Origin: Candidatus Aceula lacicola
GTDB lineage: Bacteria > Omnitrophota > Gorgyraeia > Zapsychrales > Aceulaceae
Assembly: GCA_030765785.1 (NCBI GenBank)
Contig: JAVCCC010000044.1
Location: forward strand, 1,417-65,416
DNA: 64,000 nt
Direction: 5' to 3'
Below are positions 19,749 to 30,390 of this stretch, piece by piece. The notes under the pieces are model-generated. The model searched no databases, was not told the origin of the DNA, and saw nothing but the letters and a program-made list of their open reading frames with translations. Position 1 is the stretch's first letter. Each line of letters starts with the position of its first letter. The position numbers and the translations under genes were made by a program.

Positions 19749-21020
19749 TTAAAATGAATAGCGAATGCGCGTATAAATATTCTTATTTCGTTTCATCTGG
19801 CCAAATTCTGTTGTGTCGTCCTCGCCCCAAGGTAAATTCGCACCAAATGTTACTTTCCACTGATCGCTAATATCATAGCTGACAGATGACCTAACGTATC
19901 CATCATCATCTGATGGCGAATAAAATGTAAACAACGAAACCATTACCGTCTGATTCTTAAATAATTTTGTAATCCGGTTGGTTATTAAATGTCGATATTC
20001 ATCCCACCTATAATCATTAGGCAAAAGATTATCGCGATACTCGCTATAATCAAGTCTTTGCTCATACATATACTGAAATCCCACTTTTAAATCATTTCCC
20101 AAGTCTTTAGTATATCCTGCCATCGTTTTAAAAAATGAATTCTCAACTGTTCTAATATTTCCGTCACTATCATCTCGTGAATTAATATAGCCAAATTCAA
20201 TATTTCCAATACCACTTGCAAAGGGCCCTCTCAAACTTGCTCCATAAACATCTACCGGCTCATAATAAAGCTGCTTTAAAGCTTCATTTTTATAGCTCCT
20301 TGGATTCTTGTCAAAACCATGAAAGAAATAAAATGCGCCTTCATTGCTACCAAAATTACGATAAAACCTTAGAGCATATTCATTATTGCTCATCTGAAAT
20401 GGAGGCTTAATAATATCTCGATCTGAATTAACGCCTGTAATGCCTCCTTGAAAGCTATCAAAAAACGACAGGCGATCACCCTTAGCAATTGTGTTTGGTG
20501 TAAAATAAGGAATCACGATAAAATCAATGTTTGCAAACTTTGGATACAAAGATGCTTTAATCGCATCAGATGGTTTCTTTAAATACTCATCATCACGCCC
20601 AGTAAAAAAAGATACATAATCTTTTGAAAACATATCATTAATAAAAAGATAGTCTCCTGTCCCCCACGTCAAAACTTGACGGCCAATCTTTAAATCCATA
20701 AAATCAACAGGAGTCAAAGACAAGTTAAGTTCACGAAGCTCAAAATCTGTTTTACCGCTATAATACTCATCAACAGTAAAATCCCCTCTAAAGCTAAGCG
20801 CCCCACCTTTTTGAGCTAAATAATTATCACCTGAAAAATAATGATTAGCCCTTAGCTGTAGTCGTTGTTCAAAAAGATTATAATTATCTCTTTTTGTATC
20901 ATCATCGCTAAGCTTTACCCCATAATCTGTTTCAATGAATCCATGAATTTGAGGCCAAGCCGCAAAACTTGGTTGTACTAAAATAAAAATAAAAAATAAA
21001 ATAAAAAATATTCTTTTCAT
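19749..21020 (-). CDS. Probable outer-membrane beta-barrel (DUF1302-like)
   Basis: Signal peptide, KIGRQVLTWGTGD, alternating aromatic strands, C-terminal RYSF. ATG 21020 overlaps the upstream stop (TAATG). Confidence 0.75.
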   Translation of the reverse strand: MKRIFFILFFIFILVQPSFAAWPQIHGFIETDYGVKLSDDDTKRDNYNLFEQRLQLRANHYFSGDNYLAQKGGALSFRGDFTVDEYYSGKTDFELRELNLSLTPVDFMDLKIGRQVLTWGTGDYLFINDMFSKDYVSFFTGRDDEYLKKPSDAIKASLYPKFANIDFIVIPYFTPNTIAKGDRLSFFDSFQGGITGVNSDRDIIKPPFQMSNNEYALRFYRNFGSNEGAFYFFHGFDKNPRSYKNEALKQLYYEPVDVYGASLRGPFASGIGNIEFGYINSRDDSDGNIRTVENSFFKTMAGYTKDLGNDLKVGFQYMYEQRLDYSEYRDNLLPNDYRWDEYRHLITNRITKLFKNQTVMVSLFTFYSPSDDDGYVRSSVSYDISDQWKVTFGANLPWGEDDTTEFGQMKRNKNIYTRIRYSF

Positions 21021-21799
21021 TATTGAATCCATTGCATCGGTGGTTTTCTTAAATATCTTTCTGTAAAAATATTGTCATCGAGCCCAATATCATATTGAAC
21101 ATCGCTAAACTCCATAACCGTCTGCCCACCTCGCTCAAAATCAGTCGCTTGAGATTTAAAAACCGTTGGATGTCCGTCTATATCTTTAACCTCAAGAGCC
21201 TCAATCGTTCTAATTAAATCACCGGCTTTATTATAGTATTCAGCTTTCATCGGCATAAAATTATTTTTATCGATCCAAACTGCATAAGTACTAAATTCGA
21301 TACCTTGATCATCTTTCGGTGTATTTTTGATTTTATAAAATCCATCTTCTTCACCCAAAAGCTCATGAATATCCGTATCGACACCTCGTCCAGAAACATC
21401 CTCATAAACAAAATGAGACCCAACAAAACTTGAACGTTTATCGCTTGCCGCAATACGTCGAACCAAGTCCAGCGCTGGCAAATACATCCAGCGATCATCA
21501 TCTTTTCCTAAATTTTTCCAAACCATATATGTCATGCGCGCAACATCTGTAGGTTTTTCAAAATAAACATAAAACTTTTGCTCGCCACCGTCTTTGACAT
21601 TAAAGCGCAATATTTTAAATTCTCTATTGCGTTTTCTTCCTTGAGAATCTGTGATGATCATCTTGACTTTAGATTTTCCATCTTTCCCAGCATAATACGA
21701 AACAAGATTAGCCTTATTGATAATCTCGTCAACATTTTGTGCAAAAACAAAATTTGCGCAAAAACCTAAAATAACCAATAATAAAAATATTTTTTTCAT
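21020..21799 (-). CDS. LolA-like outer-membrane lipoprotein-sorting protein
   Basis: Signal peptide; DDDRWMYLPALDLVRRIA...SFVGSHFVYED; IFTERYL. Confidence 0.85.
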   Translation of the reverse strand: MKKIFLLLVILGFCANFVFAQNVDEIINKANLVSYYAGKDGKSKVKMIITDSQGRKRNREFKILRFNVKDGGEQKFYVYFEKPTDVARMTYMVWKNLGKDDDRWMYLPALDLVRRIAASDKRSSFVGSHFVYEDVSGRGVDTDIHELLGEEDGFYKIKNTPKDDQGIEFSTYAVWIDKNNFMPMKAEYYNKAGDLIRTIEALEVKDIDGHPTVFKSQATDFERGGQTVMEFSDVQYDIGLDDNIFTERYLRKPPMQWIQ

Positions 21800-24313
21800 T
21801 TATTTTTCCTCCATTAAACATATTTTCCTTTTCGACGCCATATGGCAAATACCTGCAAACATAACTACAATTCCAATGCTAATAAATGTAATTGGTTTCC
21901 ACCCAGCAGTGGTATATCCAAACAAAACATATGCCACAGCCACAGCGACAAACAAAGCAATAAGCATACAATAGCTACACTTACAGCTTAACGCTTTATT
22001 ATTCTCTTCAAACATCCAGCTAGGTTTTAATGATACTATAGCTGGCAAAATAAATAAAGTCGCAAGACTTGAAACTGCCATAATCGTAAACATAAAGAAT
22101 CCGACGGTTTTATACGGAACAAGCGGCGCAGCTAAAAGCGGCAAAAAACCAATGGCAACAACCAAGGCATTTCGAATAATAGCCCTGCCTGGTCCGGCAA
22201 ACATTTCTTTAGATGTCTCTTCCCACGTTCCTTTCTCTCGATGAACCTCAACCGTTCTCTGAATAAAATGAATAGCAAAATCAATCGAAAGCCCAAGCGT
22301 CAGCGCCGATAAAACAGCGACTGGCATATCGTAATCCTTTCCAAAGAATCCTAACAAACTATAAATAAATAAAATTGTAACTGTCAAAGGAATCATAGAA
22401 ATCAATGCCTTAATTGGAGAGCGAAACAAAAACAACATCATAAAAAGAACAATCACAAAGCTTCCTAAAAAGTTTTTAAGCATTCCACCTACCATATTGT
22501 TTTGCCATACAACATTGATGTAAGTTAATCCTGCCCAATTATAAGTTAGTTCCTTCGGTGGCGGATTGTCTTTTATGTATTTCTTAACGTACTTGACAAC
22601 CTTGTCCATATCCTTATTGTCACCACTTTTAAGCTGAACCCATATGTTAAGCTTTGAATAATCAGGAGTCGTTAGATGCCAAAGATCATCTGGCTTATGA
22701 GAGTTCTCAAACGAAATCAAACATTGTGCAACCGCAGGCTTACTCTTAGGAATAACATTGTTAACTTTGTCGCCACCTAAAAGTTCATAATAAATCTTTT
22801 TAACAATATCTGCCAAAGAAGTTGTTTTGCCAACTAAACCTGTCTCAAGAAGCTTGTTTTGAAGATTCTCAACATAATGAAGCATTTTCGGCTCAATAAA
22901 TACTTCGTCTTCCTTATCTTTTGCATCAAGCACAAGATACGCCTCATACGTTCCTGCAAAATGCTCGTTTAAAATTTTATCCGCTACACGGATTGGATGT
23001 TTTTTCTCAAACCAACGCACAGGATTATCATTAACTTGAATCTTGCTAATTCCATAAATCGAAATTCCAACCAAAATAACAGTAATCACCAAAACAGGTT
23101 TAAAATATTTTGTTGTAATAATTCTAATAACTCCTAAAATTTTATCAAGAAAAACCGACTTCTCTTCTTTACCGGATAATCCAAACCCTTCAAATCTTTT
23201 AGGATTCATCAACATAATATAAGCGGGAATAAACAAGATCGTTAAAGCCCACGCAATTAAAACGCCAACAGCGACAAAAACACCAAAAACCTGTACGGGA
23301 GGAATTGGAGAAAAGGAAAGTGAAAAAAATCCAACGGCTGATGTTAAAGACGTAAATAACATTGGGCTAAACAACTCGTCCAAAACAAAAACAAGTGTCT
23401 TTTTTCGATCGTGATAGACGTGATACTTATCAAAAAATTCACTCAAAATATGAACAGAATCCAGCACGGCTATCGGCATCAAAAAAATAGGAATCATCGA
23501 GCTCATAATATGGACAGGAAAACCAAATGCAATTAAAAGCCCCATGGTAATTAAAACCGTTGCCATAGCAATGAGCATAGGTGCGACGATAAGACTTACA
23601 GATTTAAAGAAAAACCACATCAAAAGAAAAATAACAAGTCCTGCTAAAGGTGCCGAAATTGCCATTTGCTTAAACATCTCAACCCCAAACTGATCATTAG
23701 CAATAGGCAATCCTGTAAAGTAATACTTATCATCAGATGGATATTTCTTTACAATAGTTTTAATTTTCTGAGAAATTTCATAACTTAAATCTTTGCGCTT
23801 AATCGGAATATATAAAGCCAACGCCTTACCATCTTCTGATACAAGCGTTCCATGAAACATTGGATTGTCTTGTGCTTCATCCCGAACATGAAGTGCTTCC
23901 TCGTTTGTTTTTGGCGGCTCTGGCATCAACCAATTAAAGCGGACACTTCCTATGTCTCCCTGTTCAATATTATCTTTTGTCGATGGAGAAATAATTTCAG
24001 AAGCAATAACGCCATCGAGTTTTTTAATATCATCTGTGATGTGATAAATATCTGTGAGTGTCTTAACATTAAAAACACCATTGGAATCTGTTTTGTTTAC
24101 AACGCCAATAACAAGAATATCGTAAAGTGCAAACTCCTTCTTCATCTCATCATTAAAAACACGTGCCGACGAGCTACTGGGAAGCATATTTTCTGGATCG
24201 GTATCCACCTTAATTCTCACAAATTGGGTCAAAGACAAAACAACAAATACCGCAACCAGCGAAATAATAACTTTTGGCTTGTTTAAAGCATATTCCATAA
24301 ATTTCTTAATCAT
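21800..24313 (-). CDS. MMPL/RND-family exporter with a C-terminal Cys-containing membrane extension
   Basis: Duplicated architecture of TM1, periplasmic loop and 5 TMs; PIAVLDSVH and GLSIDFAIH TM4/TM10 motifs. Confidence 0.9.
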   Translation of the reverse strand: MIKKFMEYALNKPKVIISLVAVFVVLSLTQFVRIKVDTDPENMLPSSSSARVFNDEMKKEFALYDILVIGVVNKTDSNGVFNVKTLTDIYHITDDIKKLDGVIASEIISPSTKDNIEQGDIGSVRFNWLMPEPPKTNEEALHVRDEAQDNPMFHGTLVSEDGKALALYIPIKRKDLSYEISQKIKTIVKKYPSDDKYYFTGLPIANDQFGVEMFKQMAISAPLAGLVIFLLMWFFFKSVSLIVAPMLIAMATVLITMGLLIAFGFPVHIMSSMIPIFLMPIAVLDSVHILSEFFDKYHVYHDRKKTLVFVLDELFSPMLFTSLTSAVGFFSLSFSPIPPVQVFGVFVAVGVLIAWALTILFIPAYIMLMNPKRFEGFGLSGKEEKSVFLDKILGVIRIITTKYFKPVLVITVILVGISIYGISKIQVNDNPVRWFEKKHPIRVADKILNEHFAGTYEAYLVLDAKDKEDEVFIEPKMLHYVENLQNKLLETGLVGKTTSLADIVKKIYYELLGGDKVNNVIPKSKPAVAQCLISFENSHKPDDLWHLTTPDYSKLNIWVQLKSGDNKDMDKVVKYVKKYIKDNPPPKELTYNWAGLTYINVVWQNNMVGGMLKNFLGSFVIVLFMMLFLFRSPIKALISMIPLTVTILFIYSLLGFFGKDYDMPVAVLSALTLGLSIDFAIHFIQRTVEVHREKGTWEETSKEMFAGPGRAIIRNALVVAIGFLPLLAAPLVPYKTVGFFMFTIMAVSSLATLFILPAIVSLKPSWMFEENNKALSCKCSYCMLIALFVAVAVAYVLFGYTTAGWKPITFISIGIVVMFAGICHMASKRKICLMEEK

Positions 24314-24322
24314 ATCCTTCTC

Positions 24323-24583
24323 CTATTTTTTAAAAATATCTATAGCCATTTTAATCTTTTTATTTGAAACCTGATAACAAGTCTCAACACCGTTCTTAAC
24401 TGGAAACAAAATACCCGCGTTTCTTAAAATCCCTAAGTGCTGTGACACTGTTGATTGCGGCAACTTTAAAATTTTGACAATTTTAGAAACATTGCATTGA
24501 TTTCTCATTAACCCTTCTACCATCTTTAATCGAACGGGATGCCCCAACGCCTTTAGCATATCAGCTGTCTTGATATAATCCAT
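24323..24583 (-). CDS. ArsR/SmtB-family repressor
   Basis: LKALGHPVRLKM, QSTVSQHLGILRNAG. Confidence 0.92.
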   Translation of the reverse strand: MDYIKTADMLKALGHPVRLKMVEGLMRNQCNVSKIVKILKLPQSTVSQHLGILRNAGILFPVKNGVETCYQVSNKKIKMAIDIFKK

Positions 24584-24615
24584 CTTTTTCCTTTCTTGAA
24601 AATCAATCTAACTTC

Positions 24616-24654
24616 ATATATCGTAATATTACGATATTACGATATATTTGTCAA
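24616..24654 (-). promoter_or_regulatory. Promoter with a perfect 14-4-14 inverted repeat (probable ArsR operator)
   Basis: ATATATCGTAATAT-tacg-ATATTACGATATAT (24616-24647) overlapping TTGACA (24654-24649), 17 bp, TAATAT. Confidence 0.85.
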
Positions 24655-24664
24655 GACAAAAAAT

Positions 24665-24704
24665 AAAAAAAGGGGGGTTAGCTTTTAAAAGCTAACCCCC
24701 CTTT
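24665..24704 (-). terminator. Intrinsic terminator of the cold-shock gene
   Basis: Perfect palindrome AAAGGGGGGTTAGCTTTTAAAAGCTAACCCCCCTTT with a U tract on the minus strand. Confidence 0.88.
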
Positions 24705-24731
24705 AAACTGTCTTCCCTCTATATGATTATC

Positions 24732-24935
24732 TTAAAGCGCTTTAACCTTCTTGGCTTTAAAGCCCTTGTCATCTTTTTCTAACTCAAATTCGACGTCTTG
24801 TCCCTCATCTAATGTTTTATAACCTTCTTCCTGTTGAATCTCACTAAAATGAACGAATACATCTTCGCCAGACTCAGAAGCAATAAACCCGTACCCTTTT
24901 TTGGCATTGAACCACTTTATTTTACCTTTTGTCAT
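24732..24935 (-). CDS. Cold-shock protein (CspA family)
   Basis: [12 protein letters not shown] and DVFVHFS RNP motifs. Confidence 0.96.
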   Translation of the reverse strand: MTKGKIKWFNAKKGYGFIASESGEDVFVHFSEIQQEEGYKTLDEGQDVEFELEKDDKGFKAKKVKAL

Positions 24936-25074
24936 TACTGCCTTCCTTCTTAAAACGTTTTGAGAAGTTAAGATCTTTAAAATCCTTTTCTTCTCCTTTT
25001 TCTTACCCTAATTTCACAATACACGACAAATATTTATTTGTCAATAAACATTCATTAGAAAAATATAATCACTT

Positions 25075-25236
25075 CTATAAAAAAACCCAAGGTGGCGGCA
25101 TCGGAACTTGTTTCAAAATACCAAAAAGACCTCCCAGAAGATCTAAAGGAAGCTTAAGAAGAGCGCATCCGGTTTGCGATACACATAAAATAAGAAGAAA
25201 AACAATAAAAAAATATTTCTTTGTTGTAATAATCAT
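25075..25236 (-). CDS. Putative 53-aa lipoprotein (not in the ORF track)
   Basis: [58 protein letters not shown] overlap with the hypE stop; basic and hydrophobic signal, then TG-C. Confidence 0.7.
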   Translation of the reverse strand: MIITTKKYFFIVFLLILCVSQTGCALLKLPLDLLGGLFGILKQVPMPPPWVFL

Positions 25237-26294
25237 TAACAAATCCGTGGCAACTGCTCTGATGAAAGCATGTCCACAATACGCGTTGTTCCAATCTGAT
25301 TCTTAGCTATTACCAATGTTTTCTTGCCTTTCACCACATGTCCTATAATAGAAGCGTCATTTCCTAGAGGGCTTGCTTTCATAATCGCCAAAACCTCTTT
25401 AGCTTCAGATTCAGGAACAAAACAAATAAATCGTCCCTCATTTGCAACATATAAAGGGTCTATCCCTAAAATTTCACAAACACCCCTAACATCTTCTCTA
25501 ACCGAAATAACATTTTCGTCAATCTCAATCGCCATGCTAGATGCTTTAGCGATTTCAACAAGTGCGGTCGCAAGTCCTCCGCGTGTCAAATCACGCATAC
25601 AATGTATTGTAACCTTTGATTTTATAAGCTTCAACACTAAATCCGATAAAGATGCTGAATCGCTCTCAATTGTATTCTCAAAACTTAAAGATTCACGTAC
25701 GGCCATGATAGCCATGCCATGACGCGCAATATCCCCGCTGAGAATAATACAGTCCCCTTCTTTAATAGATTGAGGACAAATACTCTGATCATGCTCAATA
25801 ACCCCTACGCCAGATGTGTTAATAAAAATGCCGTCTGCTTTTCCTTTATCTACAACCTTTGTGTCTCCTGAAACAATTTGCACACCCGCTTCTTCGGCTG
25901 CTCTTTGCATAGAGTTTGCAACTCGCCAAAGATCTTCCATGGCAAGTCCTTCCTCTAAAATAAAACCAACTGTTAAATACAATGGTCTCGCTCCACACAT
26001 TGCAAGATCGTTAACAGTTCCATGAATAGCCAAAGACCCGATATCTCCTCCTGGAAAAAAAATAGGATGAATCACATAAGAATCCGTTGTCATTGCAATT
26101 TTATTTGCAGAAATTTGTGCAATCGCACCATCATGAGATTGATTAAGATAATCATTGTTAAAAACAGAACGAAATATTTTATCAATCAATTGATTCGTCA
26201 AGGTCCCTCCACTTCCATGAGCAAGCAAAACACGAGGATAATCCGAGATCGGAATAGGGCAACTTGGAAAATTATATTCTTTTTTATTTGTCAT
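25236..26294 (-). CDS. hypE: Hydrogenase maturation protein HypE
   Basis: [30 protein letters not shown]-terminal PRIC. Confidence 0.97.
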   Translation of the reverse strand: MTNKKEYNFPSCPIPISDYPRVLLAHGSGGTLTNQLIDKIFRSVFNNDYLNQSHDGAIAQISANKIAMTTDSYVIHPIFFPGGDIGSLAIHGTVNDLAMCGARPLYLTVGFILEEGLAMEDLWRVANSMQRAAEEAGVQIVSGDTKVVDKGKADGIFINTSGVGVIEHDQSICPQSIKEGDCIILSGDIARHGMAIMAVRESLSFENTIESDSASLSDLVLKLIKSKVTIHCMRDLTRGGLATALVEIAKASSMAIEIDENVISVREDVRGVCEILGIDPLYVANEGRFICFVPESEAKEVLAIMKASPLGNDASIIGHVVKGKKTLVIAKNQIGTTRIVDMLSSEQLPRIC

Positions 26295-27376
26295 CTTCTT
26301 TTATACCGATAATAAGCATTACACGCTCCTTCAGATGAAACCATAGGTGCGCCTAAAGGATGATCCGGCCGACATTGCTTTCCAAAAGCAGCACATTCAT
26401 GCGGATTCTTTATTCCCTGCAAAACAAGAGCACTAATACATTCTTCAGGTTCACATGTTTTAATATTTTCCAAATCAAATATTCTCTCAGCATCAAATTG
26501 AAAATAATCTTTTCTTAAAATAAGTCCACTCTGAGGAATAATTCCAATGCCTCTCCATTTTCTTGATGAAACTTCAAAAACTTCTTTAATAATCTCCATC
26601 GCCTTATTGTTTCCTTCTCTGTGAACACAGCGAGCATATGAATTCTCAACTTCATATCGATTTTCTTCCAATTGCTTAATGCACATATGCACACCTTGCA
26701 AAATATCAAACGGTTCAAATCCGGTTACAACAATTGGCGTTTTATATTTTTTAGCTATTGGCTCATACTCCTCATATCCCATAATTGTACACACATGTCC
26801 TGCAGCCAGAAATCCTTGCACCTTATTTTGCTTAGATGACAAAATTGTCTCAATTGCCGGCGGCACTAACACATGAGAAACTAAAAGAGAAAAATTATCA
26901 ATGCCTTGCTTTTTAGCCATATAAGCTGCCATCGCATTGCCAGGTGCTGTTGTTTCAAATCCAATTGCAAAAAAAACTACTTTCTTGCTAGGATTCTTTT
27001 TGGCAATCTCAAGTGCATCCATCGGCGAATAAACAATGCGGATGTCTGCGCCTTCTGCCTTAACACCTAGCAAATCTTTCTGGCTCCCAGGAACTCTAAT
27101 CATATCTCCAAAAGAACAAAAAATAACATCTTCTCTAGCTGCAATTGCAATAGCTCGATCAATCGACTCTAAAGGAGTCACGCAAACAGGACATCCTGGA
27201 CCATGAACAAGCGTAATTTCTTTTGGAAGAAGCTCATCAAGCCCAAAGCGAATGATAGAATGCGTCTGTCCGCCGCAAATCTCCATAATTGTCCATGGAT
27301 GCTTTGTTATTTCTTTAATTGCTTGCGCAATTTTCTGAACACTTTCTTTATTGCGATATTCATCAACAAATTTCAT
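26291..27376 (-). CDS. hypD: Hydrogenase maturation protein HypD
   Basis: [32 protein letters not shown]. Confidence 0.97.
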   Translation of the reverse strand: MKFVDEYRNKESVQKIAQAIKEITKHPWTIMEICGGQTHSIIRFGLDELLPKEITLVHGPGCPVCVTPLESIDRAIAIAAREDVIFCSFGDMIRVPGSQKDLLGVKAEGADIRIVYSPMDALEIAKKNPSKKVVFFAIGFETTAPGNAMAAYMAKKQGIDNFSLLVSHVLVPPAIETILSSKQNKVQGFLAAGHVCTIMGYEEYEPIAKKYKTPIVVTGFEPFDILQGVHMCIKQLEENRYEVENSYARCVHREGNNKAMEIIKEVFEVSSRKWRGIGIIPQSGLILRKDYFQFDAERIFDLENIKTCEPEECISALVLQGIKNPHECAAFGKQCRPDHPLGAPMVSSEGACNAYYRYKRR

Positions 27377-27619
27377 CTATTTGCCCTTGTACAAATCATC
27401 AATTTCGCTTAAATATTCCAAAGTCTTCTGCGCCTCTTCTTCATCCACCTGACTTATAGCAAATCCAGCATGAACAATGACGTAATCTCCGATCTTTGCC
27501 TCTGGCACATAGGCTAAATTAACCTCTTTTTGAATACCAGAAAAATCGATCTTACCCTTTTTCTCTAAAGAATTTTCACCCTCAATACTAATAATTTTTC
27601 CAGGAACAGCTAAACACAT
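27377..27619 (-). CDS. hypC: Hydrogenase chaperone HypC
   Basis: MCLAVPG, YVIVHAGFA. Confidence 0.97.
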   Translation of the reverse strand: MCLAVPGKIISIEGENSLEKKGKIDFSGIQKEVNLAYVPEAKIGDYVIVHAGFAISQVDEEEAQKTLEYLSEIDDLYKGK

Positions 27620-29908
27620 TTATTTTTCCTTTTGTTTAAAATCGTATTGTAACACATTTTTCTTTGATGCCGCAGCAATTTGCCCTAAAGAAATTCCACC
27701 ATCATTCGTAGGAATCCTTTGATGCCAATAAGGCAAAAATCCTTCCTCCTTAAGTCGATAAATAGAACGCTCTAAAAGATATTTATTCTGAAAACACCCT
27801 CCTGTTAAAACGATCTTTTTTAAACCACTTCGAATTGCAATCGCAATAATAATATCAACTAATGTATCATGAAATTTTCTGGCAATCACGTTACTTTTAA
27901 CACCATTCTTAATATCTCTCAAAATATCCCTAACAAATAACTCCTCAACAATTAAACTTTCGTTTTTCTTAATACCAAACGAATAAACACAGTTTGATTT
28001 TTCATCAGAAATAGAAAACTCAACACTCATAGCCGCTTGCCCCTCAAAATCAACATAATGACAAAGCCCTAAGAACGAACTAACAGCATCGAAAATACGT
28101 CCCACGCTTGACGTTAACGGACTATTTATCTTCTTTCTCAACATTGAATTTAGATTCACTAATTCTTCAGGCTTAAATGCATTTAAAAATTCTACGTCTT
28201 TTTCTTCAAATGCTTTTTCACCTAAAACATGATACAAAAGTCCCGCTGCTGACCGTCTTGGTTCTCTTACAGCTGCCTCTCCTCCAGGAAGAGGAAATGG
28301 AGAAAAATATGCAAATCGTTTAAATCCATCTTTATCAACTTTTAGAAACTCGCCTCCCCAAATTGTTTGATCTTGCCCATATCCTGTTCCATCAAAACAA
28401 ACACCTAAAACTTCATCGTTAATCTCATTTTCAGCCATACATGAACATGCATGTGCATAATGATGCTGAATCTTTTCTTTTGGCAAATTAGAATATTCGA
28501 CAAACTGTGTTGATAGATAATTTGGATGTTCATCGCACACAATTAACTTTACATCTACATCATATATCTTTGTTAAATCCTTAATTGTTTTTTCAAAGGT
28601 CTCAAGTGCTTTTGGTGTTTCTAAATCTCCTATATGCTGGCTAACAAAAACATTTTCTTTATTTGAAAATGCTATTGTATTCTTTAAATGTGGACCAACA
28701 GCCAAAATAGAATCTTCAACATTCTTAACAAAAATAGGAAGCGGTGCAAATCCACGCGCACGCCTTAAAACCATTTCTCGCCCTGCCATAACACGAACCA
28801 TAGAATCATCAACGTGATGCGCAATGTCTCTGTTGTGCACTAAAAATCCATCAGCGATATATTTTAAGCTATTCAATGCCTCCCTATTATCAACGCAAAT
28901 TGTTTCTTCGGATAAATTTGCACTCGTTGCAACAATAGGACCTTTTAAAATATCAAGTAGCAAAATATGTAGCGGCGTATAAGCAAGCATTACTCCTAGA
29001 TAAGGATTTTGAGGCGCGACATTGTCAGCAATCTTTAGGCTCTGCTTCTTCCTTAAAAGCACAATAGGCGCTTCAGAGGACAGAAGGCTTCGTCTCTCCA
29101 GGGCAGACACTTCACAATCACTTTCGATTTCTTCAAGGCAACTAAACATTACCGCAAACGGTTTTAGCCCTCTCTTTTTTCGATCACGAAGTTTTTGTAC
29201 AGCACCCTCATTCTTGGCGTCTACAACCAAATGAAAACCACCTAAACCCTTTATTGCAATAACATCTCCATTCTTAATCATTTCAGCTGTCTTTAAAAGA
29301 GCGCTGCTATTTTTCTCAAGCACCTTGCTATCCTTATTCCAAAGCTCTATGCTAGGACCACATTTTGCACACGCATTAGGTTGCGCGTGAAATCTTCTAT
29401 CCTTAGGATTATCGTATTCTTTTTGACAATCGGAACACATCTTAAAACTTTTCATCGTTGTATTAGCTCGATCATAAGGAAGGTTTTGAATAATGCTATA
29501 GCGAGGTCCGCAAAGCGTGCAATTCGTAAAAGGATACTGATGTCGTCTATTTTTAGAATCTAGAATTTCTTTGCGGCATTCCGGACAGGTGGCAATATCT
29601 GGCAAAATAAATGCTTCGACTTCACCAGAAATACTTTCCTTGATTTGAAAATCTTTAAAACTAACAAGATCTAAAAAAGAATGTTCAAGACTTTGAATAA
29701 AAGACGTGGCAGGTTTTTCTTTTTCAATACGTAAAAGAAATTGATCTAAAATATTCTTTTTCCCTTCAACTTCAACAATAACACCATATGAAGAATTCTG
29801 AACAAAACCAACAACCTTCAAATCATTGGCAAGACGATAAACAAACGGCCTAAAGCCAACGCCTTGAACAGCACCGCGGATAATAATTCGAAGTCTTAAG
29901 TTTTCCAT
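27620..29908 (-). CDS. hypF: Carbamoyltransferase HypF
   Basis: GAVQGVGFRPF, zinc fingers, RFHAQPNAC, KGLGGFHL, QHHYAH, NDGGISLGQ. Confidence 0.97.
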   Translation of the reverse strand: MENLRLRIIIRGAVQGVGFRPFVYRLANDLKVVGFVQNSSYGVIVEVEGKKNILDQFLLRIEKEKPATSFIQSLEHSFLDLVSFKDFQIKESISGEVEAFILPDIATCPECRKEILDSKNRRHQYPFTNCTLCGPRYSIIQNLPYDRANTTMKSFKMCSDCQKEYDNPKDRRFHAQPNACAKCGPSIELWNKDSKVLEKNSSALLKTAEMIKNGDVIAIKGLGGFHLVVDAKNEGAVQKLRDRKKRGLKPFAVMFSCLEEIESDCEVSALERRSLLSSEAPIVLLRKKQSLKIADNVAPQNPYLGVMLAYTPLHILLLDILKGPIVATSANLSEETICVDNREALNSLKYIADGFLVHNRDIAHHVDDSMVRVMAGREMVLRRARGFAPLPIFVKNVEDSILAVGPHLKNTIAFSNKENVFVSQHIGDLETPKALETFEKTIKDLTKIYDVDVKLIVCDEHPNYLSTQFVEYSNLPKEKIQHHYAHACSCMAENEINDEVLGVCFDGTGYGQDQTIWGGEFLKVDKDGFKRFAYFSPFPLPGGEAAVREPRRSAAGLLYHVLGEKAFEEKDVEFLNAFKPEELVNLNSMLRKKINSPLTSSVGRIFDAVSSFLGLCHYVDFEGQAAMSVEFSISDEKSNCVYSFGIKKNESLIVEELFVRDILRDIKNGVKSNVIARKFHDTLVDIIIAIAIRSGLKKIVLTGGCFQNKYLLERSIYRLKEEGFLPYWHQRIPTNDGGISLGQIAAASKKNVLQYDFKQKEK

Positions 29909-29931
29909 GGTATAAAATATCTTTGAAATGA

Positions 29932-30381
29932 TTAATCAAATTTTTCTTCTAAAAGACGCGTCTTAATAAATTCAATAGCTTCTAAAAGATTGTTTTGGGC
30001 CTTATCGGAAAGTTTTTCTCCAAAATCATCAAATTCATATCCGCGCATACCCAAAGCATATGCTTTTGTATTCGCTTTAAATAAATCATGTGCCAGAAAT
30101 AAAACAGCCTCTGGCTCAATGCTGTGTGTCGAAAAACTTACATCACTTTTAGGTTGAATTTCTTTGAAGAAGAATGGTTCCTCCCCTTTGACTGCCGCAT
30201 CTGCAAAAATAACAACATCATGCTCGGAAACACTAGCTGCATCTTCAACAGTCAGTTGATAGTCCGAATCAACAGTCACATTAGGGAGATTGAGTTCTTC
30301 AATAGCATCAGCCAAGGCAGGACCCAATCCATCATCAAGTCGTCCTGGGTTGCCATAGCCAATCAGTAATACTTTACTCAA
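29932..30381 (-). CDS. hoxW: Hydrogenase maturation protease
   Basis: IGYGNPGRLDDGLGP, FADA, STH. Lies next to a large subunit with a cleavable C-terminal tail. Confidence 0.88.
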   Translation of the reverse strand: MSKVLLIGYGNPGRLDDGLGPALADAIEELNLPNVTVDSDYQLTVEDAASVSEHDVVIFADAAVKGEEPFFFKEIQPKSDVSFSTHSIEPEAVLFLAHDLFKANTKAYALGMRGYEFDDFGEKLSDKAQNNLLEAIEFIKTRLLEEKFD

Positions 30382-30390
30382 AGTAAAAAA

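Noticed and set aside
25025-25042. GACAAAT-n4-ATTTGTC palindrome in the csp promoter
   Set aside because: Short and AT-rich, overlaps the -35, does not fit Rex, and has no second copy.
24929-25306. 125-aa plus-strand ORF
   Set aside because: No motifs; it is antisense to hypE, the micro-lipoprotein and the csp promoter.
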